Source of the DNA: an uncultured Planctomycetota bacterium
Lineage (GTDB): Bacteria; Planctomycetota; PLA2; JAEUHO01
Direction: 5' to 3'
Length of the DNA stretch: 64,000 nucleotides
Assembly: GCA_963752285.1 (NCBI GenBank)
Contig: CAVVXN010000001.1
Span: forward strand, 448,001-512,000
Position numbers and translations under genes: made by a program. The notes beneath the pieces were generated by a model. That model did no database searches. It had not been told where the DNA came from and worked only from the letters and a program-made list of their open reading frames with translations. Shown here piece after piece: positions 46,605 through 57,151 of this stretch; within the stretch, counting starts at the first letter, position 1; each line of letters opens with the position of its first letter.

Positions 46605-48248
46605 ATGCGGGTTCGTCTCGCCCCGTTCGCCGCCGCCGTCCTCTCGCTCGGCCTCGCGATCGGCGCACGGGGGCCGCTCGCTCGGGGCGAGGGCGAGACG
46701 GGCGCGCGCGCCGGGTCGGACGCGGAGTCGGCCCGGATCCTCCACCTGCTCCGGCGCGCGACGTTCGGCCCCCGGACCGAGGACGTGGAGGAGGTGCGCC
46801 GCCTCGGCCGCGAGGCCTGGGTGGACCGTCAGCTCCGTCCGGAGGAGATCCCGGACCGTGAGGTGGACGAGCGCCTCGGGGGCTACGAGTCGCTCGGGCT
46901 CTCGACCTCCGAGTACCTCGCGCGGCTCGACGCCGGCCCCGCGCCGCCCCGCGTCCCCGGGCGGGGCGAGAACCCCGACGAGGTGGCGCGCCGCCGCGTG
47001 CGCGACGTGCAACGCCTGCGGAGCCTCGGCGCGAAAGAGGTGCCCGAGAGCGTCCTGCTCCGCGCCGTCTACTCGCGACGCCAGCTCCAGCAGGTGATGT
47101 GCGAGTTCTGGCGGAACCACTTCAACGTGGACGTCAACAAGGACGACGTGCGGTACTACGTCGCCGACTGGGAGCGCGAGGTGCTCCAGAAGCGGGTGTT
47201 CGGGAGCTTCGAGGACCTGCTGCTCGCGACGGCCAGGCACCCCGCGATGCTCTTCTACCTCGACAACCACGTCTCCCAGGCGCCGCGCGCCCGGGGCGAG
47301 AAGGTGCTCCAGGGACACGAGAAGCAGGACCGGACCGACGGCCTGAACGAGAACTACGCCCGGGAGCTGATGGAGCTCCACACCGTCGGCGTGGACAACG
47401 GCTACACCCAGGACGACGTGATCCAGCTCGCTCTCGTCCTGACGGGCTGGTCGATCGGGGGCCAGGGTGGAGACCGCGGCGCGTTCACGTTCCGCGCGGG
47501 CTACCACGCGGGGGGCCGGAAGCGCGTGATGGGGAAGACCGTCAAGGACGGCGGCGTCGAGGAGGGCGAGGAGGTCCTCCGCTACCTCGCCCACCATCCG
47601 AACACGCGGCGTTTCGTCTGCACGAAGCTCGTGCGCTACCTCGTCGCCGACGACCCGCCGCCCGCGATCGTCGACGCCGCGGTCGCGGCCTGGAAGAAGA
47701 CGAAGGGCGACCTCGGCGCCGTGGTGCGCGCGATCCTCCTCCATCCCGACTTCGACGCGCCCGGGAACGTCCTCGCGAAGGCCCGCACGCCGTTCGAGAT
47801 GGTGGCGGCGACGCTCCGCGCGACGCGCGCGGACGTGAAGGACCCCGGCGCCCTCCTGGCGCGCCTGGCGGACATGGACGAGCCGCTCTACCAGTGCCAG
47901 GACCCCACGGGCTACAGCGACCGCGCGGCGGACTGGACCGACGCCGGCGCCCTCGCCGTTCGCTGGACGTACGCGCGGGACCTCGTGGACGGGAGGATCC
48001 CCGGCGTCTCGATCGAGGACAGCCCGATCTTCGCCCTCGTCCGGGACGGGCCGCCCGCGTGGGAGGACGCGCTCGTCGGCGCCCTCTTCGCCGGCCAGAC
48101 GCCGTCGCTCGCGACGCTCGCGCCGATCCGGCGCCGGCTCGTCCGCCTGGAGCCGGGATGGCGGACGCTCGCGCCCGACGCGCGGGTCCAGGCGTTCCGA
48201 GACGTGGTGACGCTGATGCTCGGGTCGACCGACTTCCAGCGGCAGTGA
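46605..48248 (+). CDS. DUF1800 family protein
   Basis: HLLRRATFGP, FWRNHFNV, HPAMLFYLDN, NENYARELMELHTVG, YTQDDV. Confidence 0.92.
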   Translation: MRVRLAPFAAAVLSLGLAIGARGPLARGEGETGARAGSDAESARILHLLRRATFGPRTEDVEEVRRLGREAWVDRQLRPEEIPDREVDERLGGYESLGLSTSEYLARLDAGPAPPRVPGRGENPDEVARRRVRDVQRLRSLGAKEVPESVLLRAVYSRRQLQQVMCEFWRNHFNVDVNKDDVRYYVADWEREVLQKRVFGSFEDLLLATARHPAMLFYLDNHVSQAPRARGEKVLQGHEKQDRTDGLNENYARELMELHTVGVDNGYTQDDVIQLALVLTGWSIGGQGGDRGAFTFRAGYHAGGRKRVMGKTVKDGGVEEGEEVLRYLAHHPNTRRFVCTKLVRYLVADDPPPAIVDAAVAAWKKTKGDLGAVVRAILLHPDFDAPGNVLAKARTPFEMVAATLRATRADVKDPGALLARLADMDEPLYQCQDPTGYSDRAADWTDAGALAVRWTYARDLVDGRIPGVSIEDSPIFALVRDGPPAWEDALVGALFAGQTPSLATLAPIRRRLVRLEPGWRTLAPDARVQAFRDVVTLMLGSTDFQRQ

Positions 48249-48267
48249 GCAGACCCAAGGGAGCCCC

Positions 48268-49560
48268 ATGGCCATTTCTCGACGCGATCTCCTCCGGGCG
48301 GGCGCCCTCGGCGCGGCCGCCGCGGGCCTCGGCGGCCCCCTCGCACGACGCGTGATGGCTGCGCCGGATCCCGAGGTCTCCGCGCGGCGCGTTCTCGTGG
48401 CGGTGTTCCTCCGCGGCGGGCAGGACGGCCTGAACGTGCTCGTCCCGTACGCGGACCCCCGCTATCCGGAGCTCCGTCCCAACATCCACCTCCCGCCGCC
48501 CGGCGAGGACGGCGGGGTCCTCGACCTCGACGGCACGTTCGGGCTCCATCCCGCCTTGACGGGGCTGAAGCGGCTCTACGACGAGAAGCTCCTCGCGCCC
48601 ATCGTCTGCGTGGGCTCGCCCCATCCCACCCGTTCGCACTTCGACGCGCAGGACTTCATGGAGTACGGCGCGCCCGGCGACCGGCTGGTGAAGACGGGCT
48701 GGCTCAACCGCTATCTCGAGGCGACCGCGCCCGCGGCCGGCCCCGACGCGTCGCTCCGGGGCGTCGCGATGCAGCGCCGCCTGCCCCGGTCGCTCCGCGG
48801 AGCCTATCCGGCGCTCGCCGTGCCGGCGTCCCTCGGCCTCGGCTCGCGACGGCCGCGCGACGGCGACGGGGACGACGTCCTCGACCTCTTCGACCCGCTC
48901 TACGGTCAGCCCGACGCGGCGGCGATGGGCGGAACGCGTCCGGACGAGGACCGCCTGGAGGCCGCCGGCCGCACCACGATCGAGACCTTGAAGCGGCTCG
49001 AGGACGTCCTCGCGTCCACCGGCGGGCGGTCCGCCGCGAGGTGGCCGTCCGACGCGGGCCCGCTCGGAGAGCCGCTCCGCCGGACCGCCCGCCTGCTCCA
49101 GGCCGGGCAGGGCACCGAGGTCGTCGCCGTGGACTGGAACGGATGGGACCACCACATCGGCGAAGGCGGGCCCGGCGAGGAGGGGCAGCTCCCCCGGATG
49201 CTCGGGCAGCTCGACCGCGCGATCACCGCCTTCTTCGAGGAGCTCCGTCCGATGCGCGCCACGGTCACGATGCTCCTCATGACGGAGTTCGGACGCACGA
49301 ACGCCGAGAACGGGAACCGCGGCACGGACCACGGCCACGCCAGCCTGATGCTCGCCATCGGCGGGCGCGTGAAGGGCGGGAAGGTCCACGGCGAGTGGAC
49401 GACGCTCGCGCCGGGCAAGACCTACGAGAACCGCGATCTCGTGGTCACGACCGACTTCCGCACGGTGTTTTGCGAGACGCTGACCGACTTCCTGCGCCTG
49501 CCGGCCGACCGCGAGGTCTTCCCGGGGTTCACCGGCGCGCGGAAGCTCGGTCTGTTCTGA
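48268..49560 (+). CDS. DUF1501 family protein with Tat signal
   Basis: SRRDLL, VFLRGGQDGLN, FGLHP, RSHF, GWDHH, TEFGRT..NGNRGTDHG. Confidence 0.92.
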   Translation: MAISRRDLLRAGALGAAAAGLGGPLARRVMAAPDPEVSARRVLVAVFLRGGQDGLNVLVPYADPRYPELRPNIHLPPPGEDGGVLDLDGTFGLHPALTGLKRLYDEKLLAPIVCVGSPHPTRSHFDAQDFMEYGAPGDRLVKTGWLNRYLEATAPAAGPDASLRGVAMQRRLPRSLRGAYPALAVPASLGLGSRRPRDGDGDDVLDLFDPLYGQPDAAAMGGTRPDEDRLEAAGRTTIETLKRLEDVLASTGGRSAARWPSDAGPLGEPLRRTARLLQAGQGTEVVAVDWNGWDHHIGEGGPGEEGQLPRMLGQLDRAITAFFEELRPMRATVTMLLMTEFGRTNAENGNRGTDHGHASLMLAIGGRVKGGKVHGEWTTLAPGKTYENRDLVVTTDFRTVFCETLTDFLRLPADREVFPGFTGARKLGLF

Positions 49561-49614
49561 GCGGTGCGTCGCTCGACCGCCGGGGCGCGCGCGCCGCCGC
49601 GCCCGGCCCGGCGG

Positions 49615-52275
49615 TCAGTGCCGGGCGGCCCGCACGTGGACCTCCGCCTCCGTGATCCGCACGGGCGAAGCGTCGCCCGCCGGGCGCAGGCGGATCGCCC
49701 TCGGCGAGGTCGCCTGGAAGGAGAGCTCGACCCAGGAGGCCCAGGTCGCGCCCTTCTTCGCGCCGGGGGGCGCGCGCACGGGGCCGGCCCGGAGCTCGAG
49801 CCCGTGCACCTTCCGCCACGGCCCGCGGGGCGAGGATCGGGTCTCGACGACCCACGCCGAGGGCCACGAAGGCGGCTTCGACCCCGCGGCGTGGAGGACG
49901 ACGGCGACGACGTGGTGCTCCGTTCGCGGCCAGCCGAGGACGAGACCGTCGGCCGGGACGTCCACCGTGCCCCCCTCTCGCTTTCCGTCCACGGCGCCGC
50001 GCGCGTCGCTCCCCCCCTCGCCGAGCGTCGCCGTCCCGGGCCGCTCGGCGAGCGCGCGGCCGGCCGGCTCGTACGCGAGGTCCGCGCCCGCGAGCGGCGC
50101 CGCGGGACGCGACCCACCGAGCGAGACCTGCAGGCGTTCGAGGTCCCGGCCGTCCGCCTCGATCCGGATCCGGTGCCATCCCGCGGCGAGGGAGAGCAGC
50201 GCCTCCGGACCGGGCGCGGCGAGCGCCTCCGCGGCGTCGAGGACGGTCTCGCCGTCGACGAGGAGACGGACGGCCCCGCCCGACACGATTCCGATCCGCG
50301 CGAGCCCCGCCGGCGCGCGGAAGAGCCCGTCCAGGACGACGCGCGCCGGCGCCGGGACGCCGAGCGCCCCGAGGTCCGCGGCAAGCGTCCGTCCGCCCCC
50401 CGCCGCGAGGCTCCCGACGACGCCCTCGTGCTCTTTCTTCTCGGCGTCCGTCACGGTCGCGAGGAGGCCCTCGAGCAGCAGGCCCTCCTCGACCGTCGCG
50501 GCGGGGCGTGCGGACGTGGGCGGTTGGACCTCGACGACGAGCGGCGCCGACACCACCCCGCGGCCCTCCGCGCCCGTCCCCAGGACGAGCAGCGTGCTCC
50601 GCCCGAGCCCGAGCGCCGCGGTCGGCACCTCCACGCGCCAGCGCGGTCCCGAGACCGCGGCCGTGGCCACCACCTGGCTCCCGCGGCGGACCGAGAGCTC
50701 GCGCACCTCCCGCGCGGTCCCCGAGAGCACGAGGGGGCGCCCGATCTCGACCGGTCCCGAGGGCGCCTCCGCCTCGAGGCGCGACGCGCCGTTCTGGACG
50801 CCCACGAGCGCGCGCGCGTAGCTCCGCGTCGCGATCGGCCCCGACTCGACGGCCACGACCCGCACGTCGTGCGCCCCGTCGGCGCCGGTCGTCGTGTCCC
50901 ACGCGAGCGGTCCCGGCGGCTCGGCCGTCGCCACCCGCACGCCGTCCACCCAGAGCTCGAGCCGGGCGATGCGGGCGTGTTCGGGCGGCGTCGTCTCGGC
51001 GCGGACCTCGACGCGCCCCTGCACGGGCGCGTCGCCCCGGGGCTCGCCGATCCGCACCGCGGTCGGCCGCGCGAAGGGGCGGGCGAGCGGGTCTCCCAAC
51101 ACGAGGAGCTGGTAGGGGCCCCAGACGCCTTCGTAGAAGGCCTCCGCCAGCGAGCAGCCCCGCGCGTAGTGGAGGTGCATCCACGCGCACGGGAACTTGT
51201 TCGGGATCGCGTAGGGCTCCGCGACGGTCCCGCTGGTCCCGGCGGCGCCGTGTCGGACGAACTCCGTGCACTTCGTCTGGCTCGACGTCCCGAAGTGGGC
51301 GCCGAAGCTCGTCAGGTGCTCGGCGATCGCGCCCGGGAGGAGGTCGGGATCACCCTTCTGCCAGGTGAAGCCCGCGATGCCGGCCACGACGCCGATCGCA
51401 TCGGCCTTGCCCCGCGGCAGCACGCCGTCCTGGCCGTCCTCGCCCTTCTTCAGGATCTCCGCCCGGTGCCCCAGGCCGCGGAGCGCCTTCACGACCGCCT
51501 CGAAGAGCGGCATGCGGGTCGTCGCGCGGATGTCCGGGTTCTCGAGGAGGTACACCGTGCCGCGCGGGTTCGTGAAGTCGCTGGCCTTCGCGCGCTCGAG
51601 GCACGAGATCACCTCGTCCTCGGTGTTCCCGTGGTCGCCCGTCCAGCCGAGCATCACGGCGAGGCGGTACCGGTCGGGCGACGCGCGGTCCACGACGGGG
51701 TCGCCCGACGCGTCCCACGCGGAGGCGGCCGAGAATGCGCGCGAGGCCGGGACCTCGTCCCGGCCGTCCCGGCGGAAGTAGTGGTTCGCCTGGAGGTCCA
51801 GGTACGACCGCGGGTCGGACGCGAGCACGTACCGGTAGAGGAACGTGAGCCCCGTGAGCGACGCGTGCGGGGAGATCGGCGGCCCGAGCTTCAGGTCCTT
51901 CGCCTTCGCGTCGGCGTCGAAGTCCACTGCGTACGGGAAGCCCGTCGAGTACGCGACCACCTCGGTGTCGTCCTCGATCCCCTCGCTCGCGAGCCACTGT
52001 TCGAGGGGCGCGAGGATTTGCGCGCGGAAGCGCTCGACGTCCACGACCGGATCGGACGGCACGTCGTCCAGGTAGAGGACGTGCGTCGGCGGGATGTCGC
52101 GGAGCCGCACGTAGGCGCCGGCGACGCGGACCGACCCCGGGTCCCTCGCGTTCACCACGACCACGGTCGTCTCGGGGCCGCCTCCCGCCCGGGCACGCGA
52201 CGCGAGGGCCACGAGCGCGGCCGGGACGAACGCGAGGAGGAGCAGCCGCGCCCGCTTCGACGTCGCGCCGGTCAC
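49615..52275 (-). CDS. TIGR03790-family exported protein with C-terminal Ig-like/PA14-like domains
   Basis: GGGPETTVVVVNA, PGAIAEHLTSFG, GTVAEP, AEAFY, LVLGDPL..PF. Confidence 0.78.
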   Translation of the reverse strand: MTGATSKRARLLLLAFVPAALVALASRARAGGGPETTVVVVNARDPGSVRVAGAYVRLRDIPPTHVLYLDDVPSDPVVDVERFRAQILAPLEQWLASEGIEDDTEVVAYSTGFPYAVDFDADAKAKDLKLGPPISPHASLTGLTFLYRYVLASDPRSYLDLQANHYFRRDGRDEVPASRAFSAASAWDASGDPVVDRASPDRYRLAVMLGWTGDHGNTEDEVISCLERAKASDFTNPRGTVYLLENPDIRATTRMPLFEAVVKALRGLGHRAEILKKGEDGQDGVLPRGKADAIGVVAGIAGFTWQKGDPDLLPGAIAEHLTSFGAHFGTSSQTKCTEFVRHGAAGTSGTVAEPYAIPNKFPCAWMHLHYARGCSLAEAFYEGVWGPYQLLVLGDPLARPFARPTAVRIGEPRGDAPVQGRVEVRAETTPPEHARIARLELWVDGVRVATAEPPGPLAWDTTTGADGAHDVRVVAVESGPIATRSYARALVGVQNGASRLEAEAPSGPVEIGRPLVLSGTAREVRELSVRRGSQVVATAAVSGPRWRVEVPTAALGLGRSTLLVLGTGAEGRGVVSAPLVVEVQPPTSARPAATVEEGLLLEGLLATVTDAEKKEHEGVVGSLAAGGGRTLAADLGALGVPAPARVVLDGLFRAPAGLARIGIVSGGAVRLLVDGETVLDAAEALAAPGPEALLSLAAGWHRIRIEADGRDLERLQVSLGGSRPAAPLAGADLAYEPAGRALAERPGTATLGEGGSDARGAVDGKREGGTVDVPADGLVLGWPRTEHHVVAVVLHAAGSKPPSWPSAWVVETRSSPRGPWRKVHGLELRAGPVRAPPGAKKGATWASWVELSFQATSPRAIRLRPAGDASPVRITEAEVHVRAARH

Positions 52276-52289
52276 TGCGGCGCCGCCGA

Positions 52290-52904
52290 TCAGAACTTGA
52301 CCTGGGGCGCCTCGCGCTCCGCGGGGTCCTCGATCTCGAAGAACTCGCGCTTCTCGAACCCGAACATGCTCGCCACCATGTTCGACGGGAACATCTCGAC
52401 ACGCGTGTTGTAGTCACGCACGTTCGCGTTGTAGAAGCGCCGGGAGCGCTGGATCCGGTCCTCGGTGTTCGAGAGCTCCTGCTGGAGCTCGAGGAAGTTC
52501 GTGTTCGCCTTCAGGTTCGGATACGACTCGGCCAGGGCGAAGAGCTGCCGGAGCGCGCCCGAGAGCATGTTCTCGTCCTTCGCCTGCGCCTCGCGCGAAT
52601 CGTGCGGCGCCGCGGCCTGGTTGCGGGCCTGGATGACGCGTTCGAGCGTCTCCTTCTCGTGGCTCGCGTAGCCCTTGACGGTCTCCACCAGGTTCGGGAT
52701 GAGGTCGTGCCGGCGCTTCAGCTCGGTCTCGATGTCGGCCCACGACTCCTCGACGTGGTTCCTCCGCTGGACGAGGCCGTTGTAGATGCCCATGGCCCAC
52801 AGGATCAGCAGGACCACGATGACGATCGGGACGATGACGCCCCAGGGCGCCCCGCCGTCGGCGAGCATTCCCGGGTTCCACGCCGCCAGGATTCCTGCGC
52901 TCAT
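52290..52904 (-). CDS. lemA: LemA family protein
   Basis: YNGLV, LKRRHDLIPNLVETVKGYASHE, AESYPNLKAN, TEDRIQRSRRFYN. Confidence 0.95.
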   Translation of the reverse strand: MSAGILAAWNPGMLADGGAPWGVIVPIVIVVLLILWAMGIYNGLVQRRNHVEESWADIETELKRRHDLIPNLVETVKGYASHEKETLERVIQARNQAAAPHDSREAQAKDENMLSGALRQLFALAESYPNLKANTNFLELQQELSNTEDRIQRSRRFYNANVRDYNTRVEMFPSNMVASMFGFEKREFFEIEDPAEREAPQVKF

Positions 52905-53605
52905 GTCGCTCCTCCCTTCCGGTCACGGGTCTCCGCCCCGAGGTCCTGGAGAACGTACCGGGGAAGCCGGTCCAAGATACCGTCCACGAGGGCCACGGCC
53001 GCGGCGAAGTCGCCGACGTCGAACCGGCCGGACCGCCGCGCCAGGACCCAGGTGCCCGCCATCTCCACGGTGAACCGCGGCGACGCGAGCAGGTACTCGA
53101 TGGTCTTCTGGTGGAGCACGTCGAAGGCCCAGCGCCGGTCCGGCGACTTCACGTAGAACTCGCGACTGAACGCGGCGTGCTCGAAGTCGATGTCGTCCCA
53201 TCCGAGGAAGCCCGCCATCTTGTCGAGCAGGTTCTCCGGTCGGATGAGGAGGGGGGAGAGCGGCAGGCGGCTGTCCACGACGACGCTGGAGAACCGGTGG
53301 TGGTGCGTCTGGCGGTTGCCCTTCGAGTCGGTGCTGTAGGTCTGGTAGTGGTAGTCGAAGGCGCACACCGGCCGGCCGTCGTGCTCGCCCTGCATGACGT
53401 TGAACGCGTACCGGCGGTCCCCCTCCCGGAAGCACGAGAAGGGGGGGTAGCGCCCCTCGATCGCGGTCGTCTTGGCCGTGTCGAAGGACCAGCCGTTCGA
53501 CGAGGCCCAGCCCCCGAGCGTGGCCTTCCGCTTCTGGTCCGCCTTCCAGGACAGCCAGGCCACGAGCCCCGCGATCACGAGGGCGGCCACGAGGAGCACG
53601 GGCAT
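52901..53605 (-). CDS. Single-TM hypothetical protein (LemA-associated)
   Basis: N-terminal TM, FDYHYQT, DIDFE..AFSREFYV; ATGA overlap with lemA. Confidence 0.75.
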   Translation of the reverse strand: MPVLLVAALVIAGLVAWLSWKADQKRKATLGGWASSNGWSFDTAKTTAIEGRYPPFSCFREGDRRYAFNVMQGEHDGRPVCAFDYHYQTYSTDSKGNRQTHHHRFSSVVVDSRLPLSPLLIRPENLLDKMAGFLGWDDIDFEHAAFSREFYVKSPDRRWAFDVLHQKTIEYLLASPRFTVEMAGTWVLARRSGRFDVGDFAAAVALVDGILDRLPRYVLQDLGAETRDRKGGAT

Positions 53606-53756
53606 GAGCTCTGTCAAGTCGTCTCGCTCCGGGGCCGCCCAGGATAGTCGGAGCGGGCTCCTCGGGCGGCCCCCGAAGGGTCCCCCGATCCGGACGGTGG
53701 CCGTCGGCGGGCCCGGATGGTTCAATCCCGGGCCCGGAACCGGGACTGGAGGGTCC

Positions 53757-54194
53757 ATGCGTACGAAGCTCGTGCTCTCGATTTCGATCGTCTCCCTGGC
53801 GGGTCTCGTCGCCGCGTGCGGTGGCAAGGCGGGCGCCAGCGGGCTCGTCGGCACGTGGGTGATCGACAAGGCGCAGACGAAGCAGGAAGCCGCCAAGCAG
53901 GCGAAGCCCGACGAAGACCCGAAGGTCGCGGCAGGCATGATCGACGCCATGACCGTCGAGGCCACGTTCGAGGCCGGCGGCACGTGGAACGCGACCATGA
54001 CGATGCCCGCGCCCCTCGGCGCCTCGAAGGCGGACGGGACGTGGACGCTCGACGGCCAGAACCTCACCATGGCGCTGGTCCACAAGGACGGGAAGGACGC
54101 CCCCGACCCGACCCCCGACAAGGGGACGTTCGACGGAGACCGGATCCGGATGGACATGGGCGGTGGCACGATCATGGTGCTCCAGCGCAAGTGA
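53757..54194 (+). CDS. Lipocalin-like beta-barrel lipoprotein
   Basis: VAAC lipobox, LVGTW, GTWTLDG; GGAGG SD. Confidence 0.7.
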   Translation: MRTKLVLSISIVSLAGLVAACGGKAGASGLVGTWVIDKAQTKQEAAKQAKPDEDPKVAAGMIDAMTVEATFEAGGTWNATMTMPAPLGASKADGTWTLDGQNLTMALVHKDGKDAPDPTPDKGTFDGDRIRMDMGGGTIMVLQRK

Positions 54195-54595
54195 CCGGGT
54201 CCTCGCGTTTCGACGCGGTCGTCGTGGGCGCCTGCTGGGGCGCCCTCGGCGTCGTCCTGGGGGCGTTCGGCGCCCACGCTCTCCCGAAGGTCCGTCCATC
54301 CGGCGGCGCCGAGGCCACGGCGTGGTGGGAGACGGCCGCCCGCTACCACCTCCTGGGCGCCGTGGCGATGGTCGCCGCGGGGCTCCTCGAGCGGTGGACC
54401 GGGCGGCCGTCCCGCGCGGCGTGGGCGTTTCTCGCCGGCTCGGCCGTCTTCTCGGGCTCGCTCTACGCGATGGCGCTCGGGGCGGGCCGGGGGCTCGGGG
54501 CGGTGACCCCGCTCGGCGGGCTCGGCCTGGTCCTCGGCTGGGCGCTCCTCGCCTGGGAGGCGCGTCGTGGGCGCGGACCGGGACCCACGGCCTGA
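54191..54595 (+). CDS. DUF423 (YgdD/TMEM256) membrane protein
   Basis: [30 protein letters not shown]. Confidence 0.9.
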   Translation: MTGSSRFDAVVVGACWGALGVVLGAFGAHALPKVRPSGGAEATAWWETAARYHLLGAVAMVAAGLLERWTGRPSRAAWAFLAGSAVFSGSLYAMALGAGRGLGAVTPLGGLGLVLGWALLAWEARRGRGPGPTA

Positions 54596-54615
54596 GGGCC
54601 GCGAGGAGAGGCGCG

Positions 54616-55044
54616 ATGGGCGACGAGGGTGATGAGAAGGTCGTGCGGAGCGAGGCCGAGTGGCGCTCGATCCTGACGCCCGAGCAGTACCACGTCACGC
54701 GCGAGGCGGGGACGGAACCCCCGTTCACGGGCGCGTACTGGAAGACGAAGGCGCCCGGCACGTACGAGTGCGCGTGCTGCGACGCGCCGCTGTTCCGGTC
54801 CGACGCGAAATTCGTCTCGTCGTGCGGCTGGCCCTCGTTCTTCGAGCCTCTCGAGGCCTTTCGACTGGCGGAACGGCGGGACACGTCGCACGGGATGGTG
54901 CGTGTAGAGGTCCGGTGCGGCCGCTGCGACGCGCACCTCGGGCACGTGTTCGAAGACGGACCGCCCCCGACCGGGCTTCGCTACTGCATCAACTCGGCCG
55001 CGCTCCGTCTCCGGCCCGACCCGGCGGACGGCGGGTCGGCCTGA
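54616..55044 (+). CDS. msrB: Peptide methionine (R)-sulfoxide reductase
   Basis: [32 protein letters not shown]. Confidence 0.96.
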   Translation: MGDEGDEKVVRSEAEWRSILTPEQYHVTREAGTEPPFTGAYWKTKAPGTYECACCDAPLFRSDAKFVSSCGWPSFFEPLEAFRLAERRDTSHGMVRVEVRCGRCDAHLGHVFEDGPPPTGLRYCINSAALRLRPDPADGGSA

Positions 55045-55070
55045 GGGGACCCGCATCCACCGGAGGAACC

Positions 55071-55685
55071 ATGACCCGACTCGGACGCCCGACCCTTCTC
55101 GCCGCCTTCGTGCTCGCCGCGGCCTGCGGCGGCCCGGAGAAGAGCGGGCCGTCCACGCCGGGGGCCGTCGCGCCGCACCCCGAGCGGATCGAGGACCTCG
55201 CGAAGGAGGTCCAGTCCGTCCGGGCGGCCGGCGACGAGAAGAAGCTGCTCGCGCTCGTCGCCCCGATGATCCCGACGCATGCGGACCTGGTGGCCCTGGT
55301 GGACGCGAAGCGGCCCGGGGCCCACGCCTTCCTGGACGGGTGGCAGGTCGTCGACCTCCCGGCCGGCGATCCCCGCGTCGCCGCGCTCGCGGCGGCGATC
55401 TTCGGCCCGGGCGACCCCGGGCGGACCGAGACCCGAGCGCACGCCGCCACCACGAAGGAGATCCTGGCGTACGAGAAGGGCGGCACCGCCTACGCGGAGT
55501 TCCCGGGCGGAATGCGCCGCTTCGCCGCCATCCTCGCGGAGCCCGATCGCACGTGGTGGGTGGTGGAGCACGTGAAGCCGGGCGAGGACATGGGGATGAA
55601 GTTCAGCGCCTTCACCCGCACGGCCGACGGACGGTGGCTCTTCTTCCCGAAGCCGTGGCGATCGGTGCCGGGCAGCGGGGACTGA
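55071..55685 (+). CDS. Hypothetical lipoprotein
   Basis: LAAAC lipobox, GGAGG SD, EFPGG, FFPKPWR. Confidence 0.7.
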   Translation: MTRLGRPTLLAAFVLAAACGGPEKSGPSTPGAVAPHPERIEDLAKEVQSVRAAGDEKKLLALVAPMIPTHADLVALVDAKRPGAHAFLDGWQVVDLPAGDPRVAALAAAIFGPGDPGRTETRAHAATTKEILAYEKGGTAYAEFPGGMRRFAAILAEPDRTWWVVEHVKPGEDMGMKFSAFTRTADGRWLFFPKPWRSVPGSGD

Positions 55686-55742
55686 GCGGCGACGCGGCGG
55701 CCGAGCGGGGGGCGCGTCCGGAACGGGTCCGGACGACCGGAC

Positions 55743-56852
55743 TCACTTGGCGTCGGTCTTGGCCGCCTCGTAGCGGTCGAGGGCCTTCTGCAGGTCCTCC
55801 TTCATCGGGCTCTCGGCCTTCTCGACCGCCTTCTTCTCGAGCTCGATCGCCTGATCGACGTCGCCCTTCTCGAAGTGGACGCGTGCCACGGTGTCGAGGA
55901 TCTCGGGGCTCTCGCCCTTCGTGATCTCGTTCGCGCGGTCCGCGAGCTTCATGGCGAAGTCCAGGTCACGGCGCTTCACCTGCTCGTCGTCCACGACCGT
56001 CCACGCGATCGCGTTCAACGACCCGGCGTCGTCCCACGCGGCCTTGGACACCTCGTCGGCGTACTCGTAGGCCGCGTCCGTGTCTCCGTGCTGCAGGAGG
56101 ATCATCACCTTCTGGACCTTCAGGGGAACGAGGTCCGGCGCGATCGCGATCAGCTCGTCGTAGATCGAGGCCACCTGGCCCCAGTCGTCGTTCGAGGCCG
56201 CCTCCGCCATGCGCTCCTGGGCCGACTCCATCGCCTCCTGGAGCTTCTGCTGGGCCTCGAACTCCTTCTTGAACGCCTCGCGGTCCCATGTCCCCGCGAC
56301 CACGGAGGCGAGCGGCTCCTCGATCGCCATCGGGTGGCCGATCCACTCCACCTTCCCGTCCTTGCCGACCACGAAGGCCGTGGGGATGCCGTTCTGGCCC
56401 GCCGCCTCCATGTAGTCGCGCTGGGTCGAACGGTCGGGGTCGGTCGCCAGCGTGTAGCGGGTGCGGTCGTTCTCGAGCTGGCCGTCCGCGTCCTTCTTCC
56501 AGAGGAACGCGACCACCCAGGGGAGGCTCTCGTCCGAGACCCCGATCACGTGGACCGGCTGCCCGGCGTAGTGTTCCGCGACCTCGGAGAGGTGGGGCAT
56601 CCCTGCGCGGCACGGACCGCACCAGGTCGCCCAGAACTCGATCACGTACACCTGTCCCGGCTCGAAGGTGGTCACGGGCGTGAACTTGCCCCGCCGGTCC
56701 ATCTCGACGCCCTTGACCCAGTACTGGATGTCGAGCGCCGGCGCGGGGTCGCCGATGTCGAGCTTCGCCACGTCTTCGTCCGCCGACGCGGACACGGAGA
56801 ACGACCAGATCGAGCCGAGCACGAGCACGAACAGGGCGAGCGATCGCAGCAT
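55743..56852 (-). CDS. Exported TlpA-like thioredoxin with C-terminal TPR
   Basis: Signal peptide, EFWATWCGPC, GIPTAFVV, WIGHP, LNAIAW..ILDTVARVHF. Confidence 0.9.
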   Translation of the reverse strand: MLRSLALFVLVLGSIWSFSVSASADEDVAKLDIGDPAPALDIQYWVKGVEMDRRGKFTPVTTFEPGQVYVIEFWATWCGPCRAGMPHLSEVAEHYAGQPVHVIGVSDESLPWVVAFLWKKDADGQLENDRTRYTLATDPDRSTQRDYMEAAGQNGIPTAFVVGKDGKVEWIGHPMAIEEPLASVVAGTWDREAFKKEFEAQQKLQEAMESAQERMAEAASNDDWGQVASIYDELIAIAPDLVPLKVQKVMILLQHGDTDAAYEYADEVSKAAWDDAGSLNAIAWTVVDDEQVKRRDLDFAMKLADRANEITKGESPEILDTVARVHFEKGDVDQAIELEKKAVEKAESPMKEDLQKALDRYEAAKTDAK

Positions 56853-57151
56853 GAGACTCTCCTCTGCCTCCCTCGAGGCGGCCCGCGCTTCGGCGGGAAC
56901 GCGACATCGTACGCGTCGGGGAGCGGGGCCGCGCGCGCCGGGGGTCGGACCGTGGTGCGCCCGCACCATGTAGACCGAAACAGTCCACTTTCTGGCCGCC
57001 GCGGGCGCCCGCCGGCGACCCGGGCCTTGGTCCGCGCTCTCGGATCGCGTTCTTCGCCGCGCCCGCCGAGGCGTACCCTCGGTCCGTGCCGGACCCCGTC
57101 TCGGCGCGGACGCGCGGACCGGCCTTCACCGAAGAGCACCGGGAGACCGCG

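Noticed and set aside
54616..56852. Selenocysteine forms of MsrB or TlpA
   Set aside because: Both have ordinary Cys codons (RYCINS, WCGPC) and no in-frame UGA
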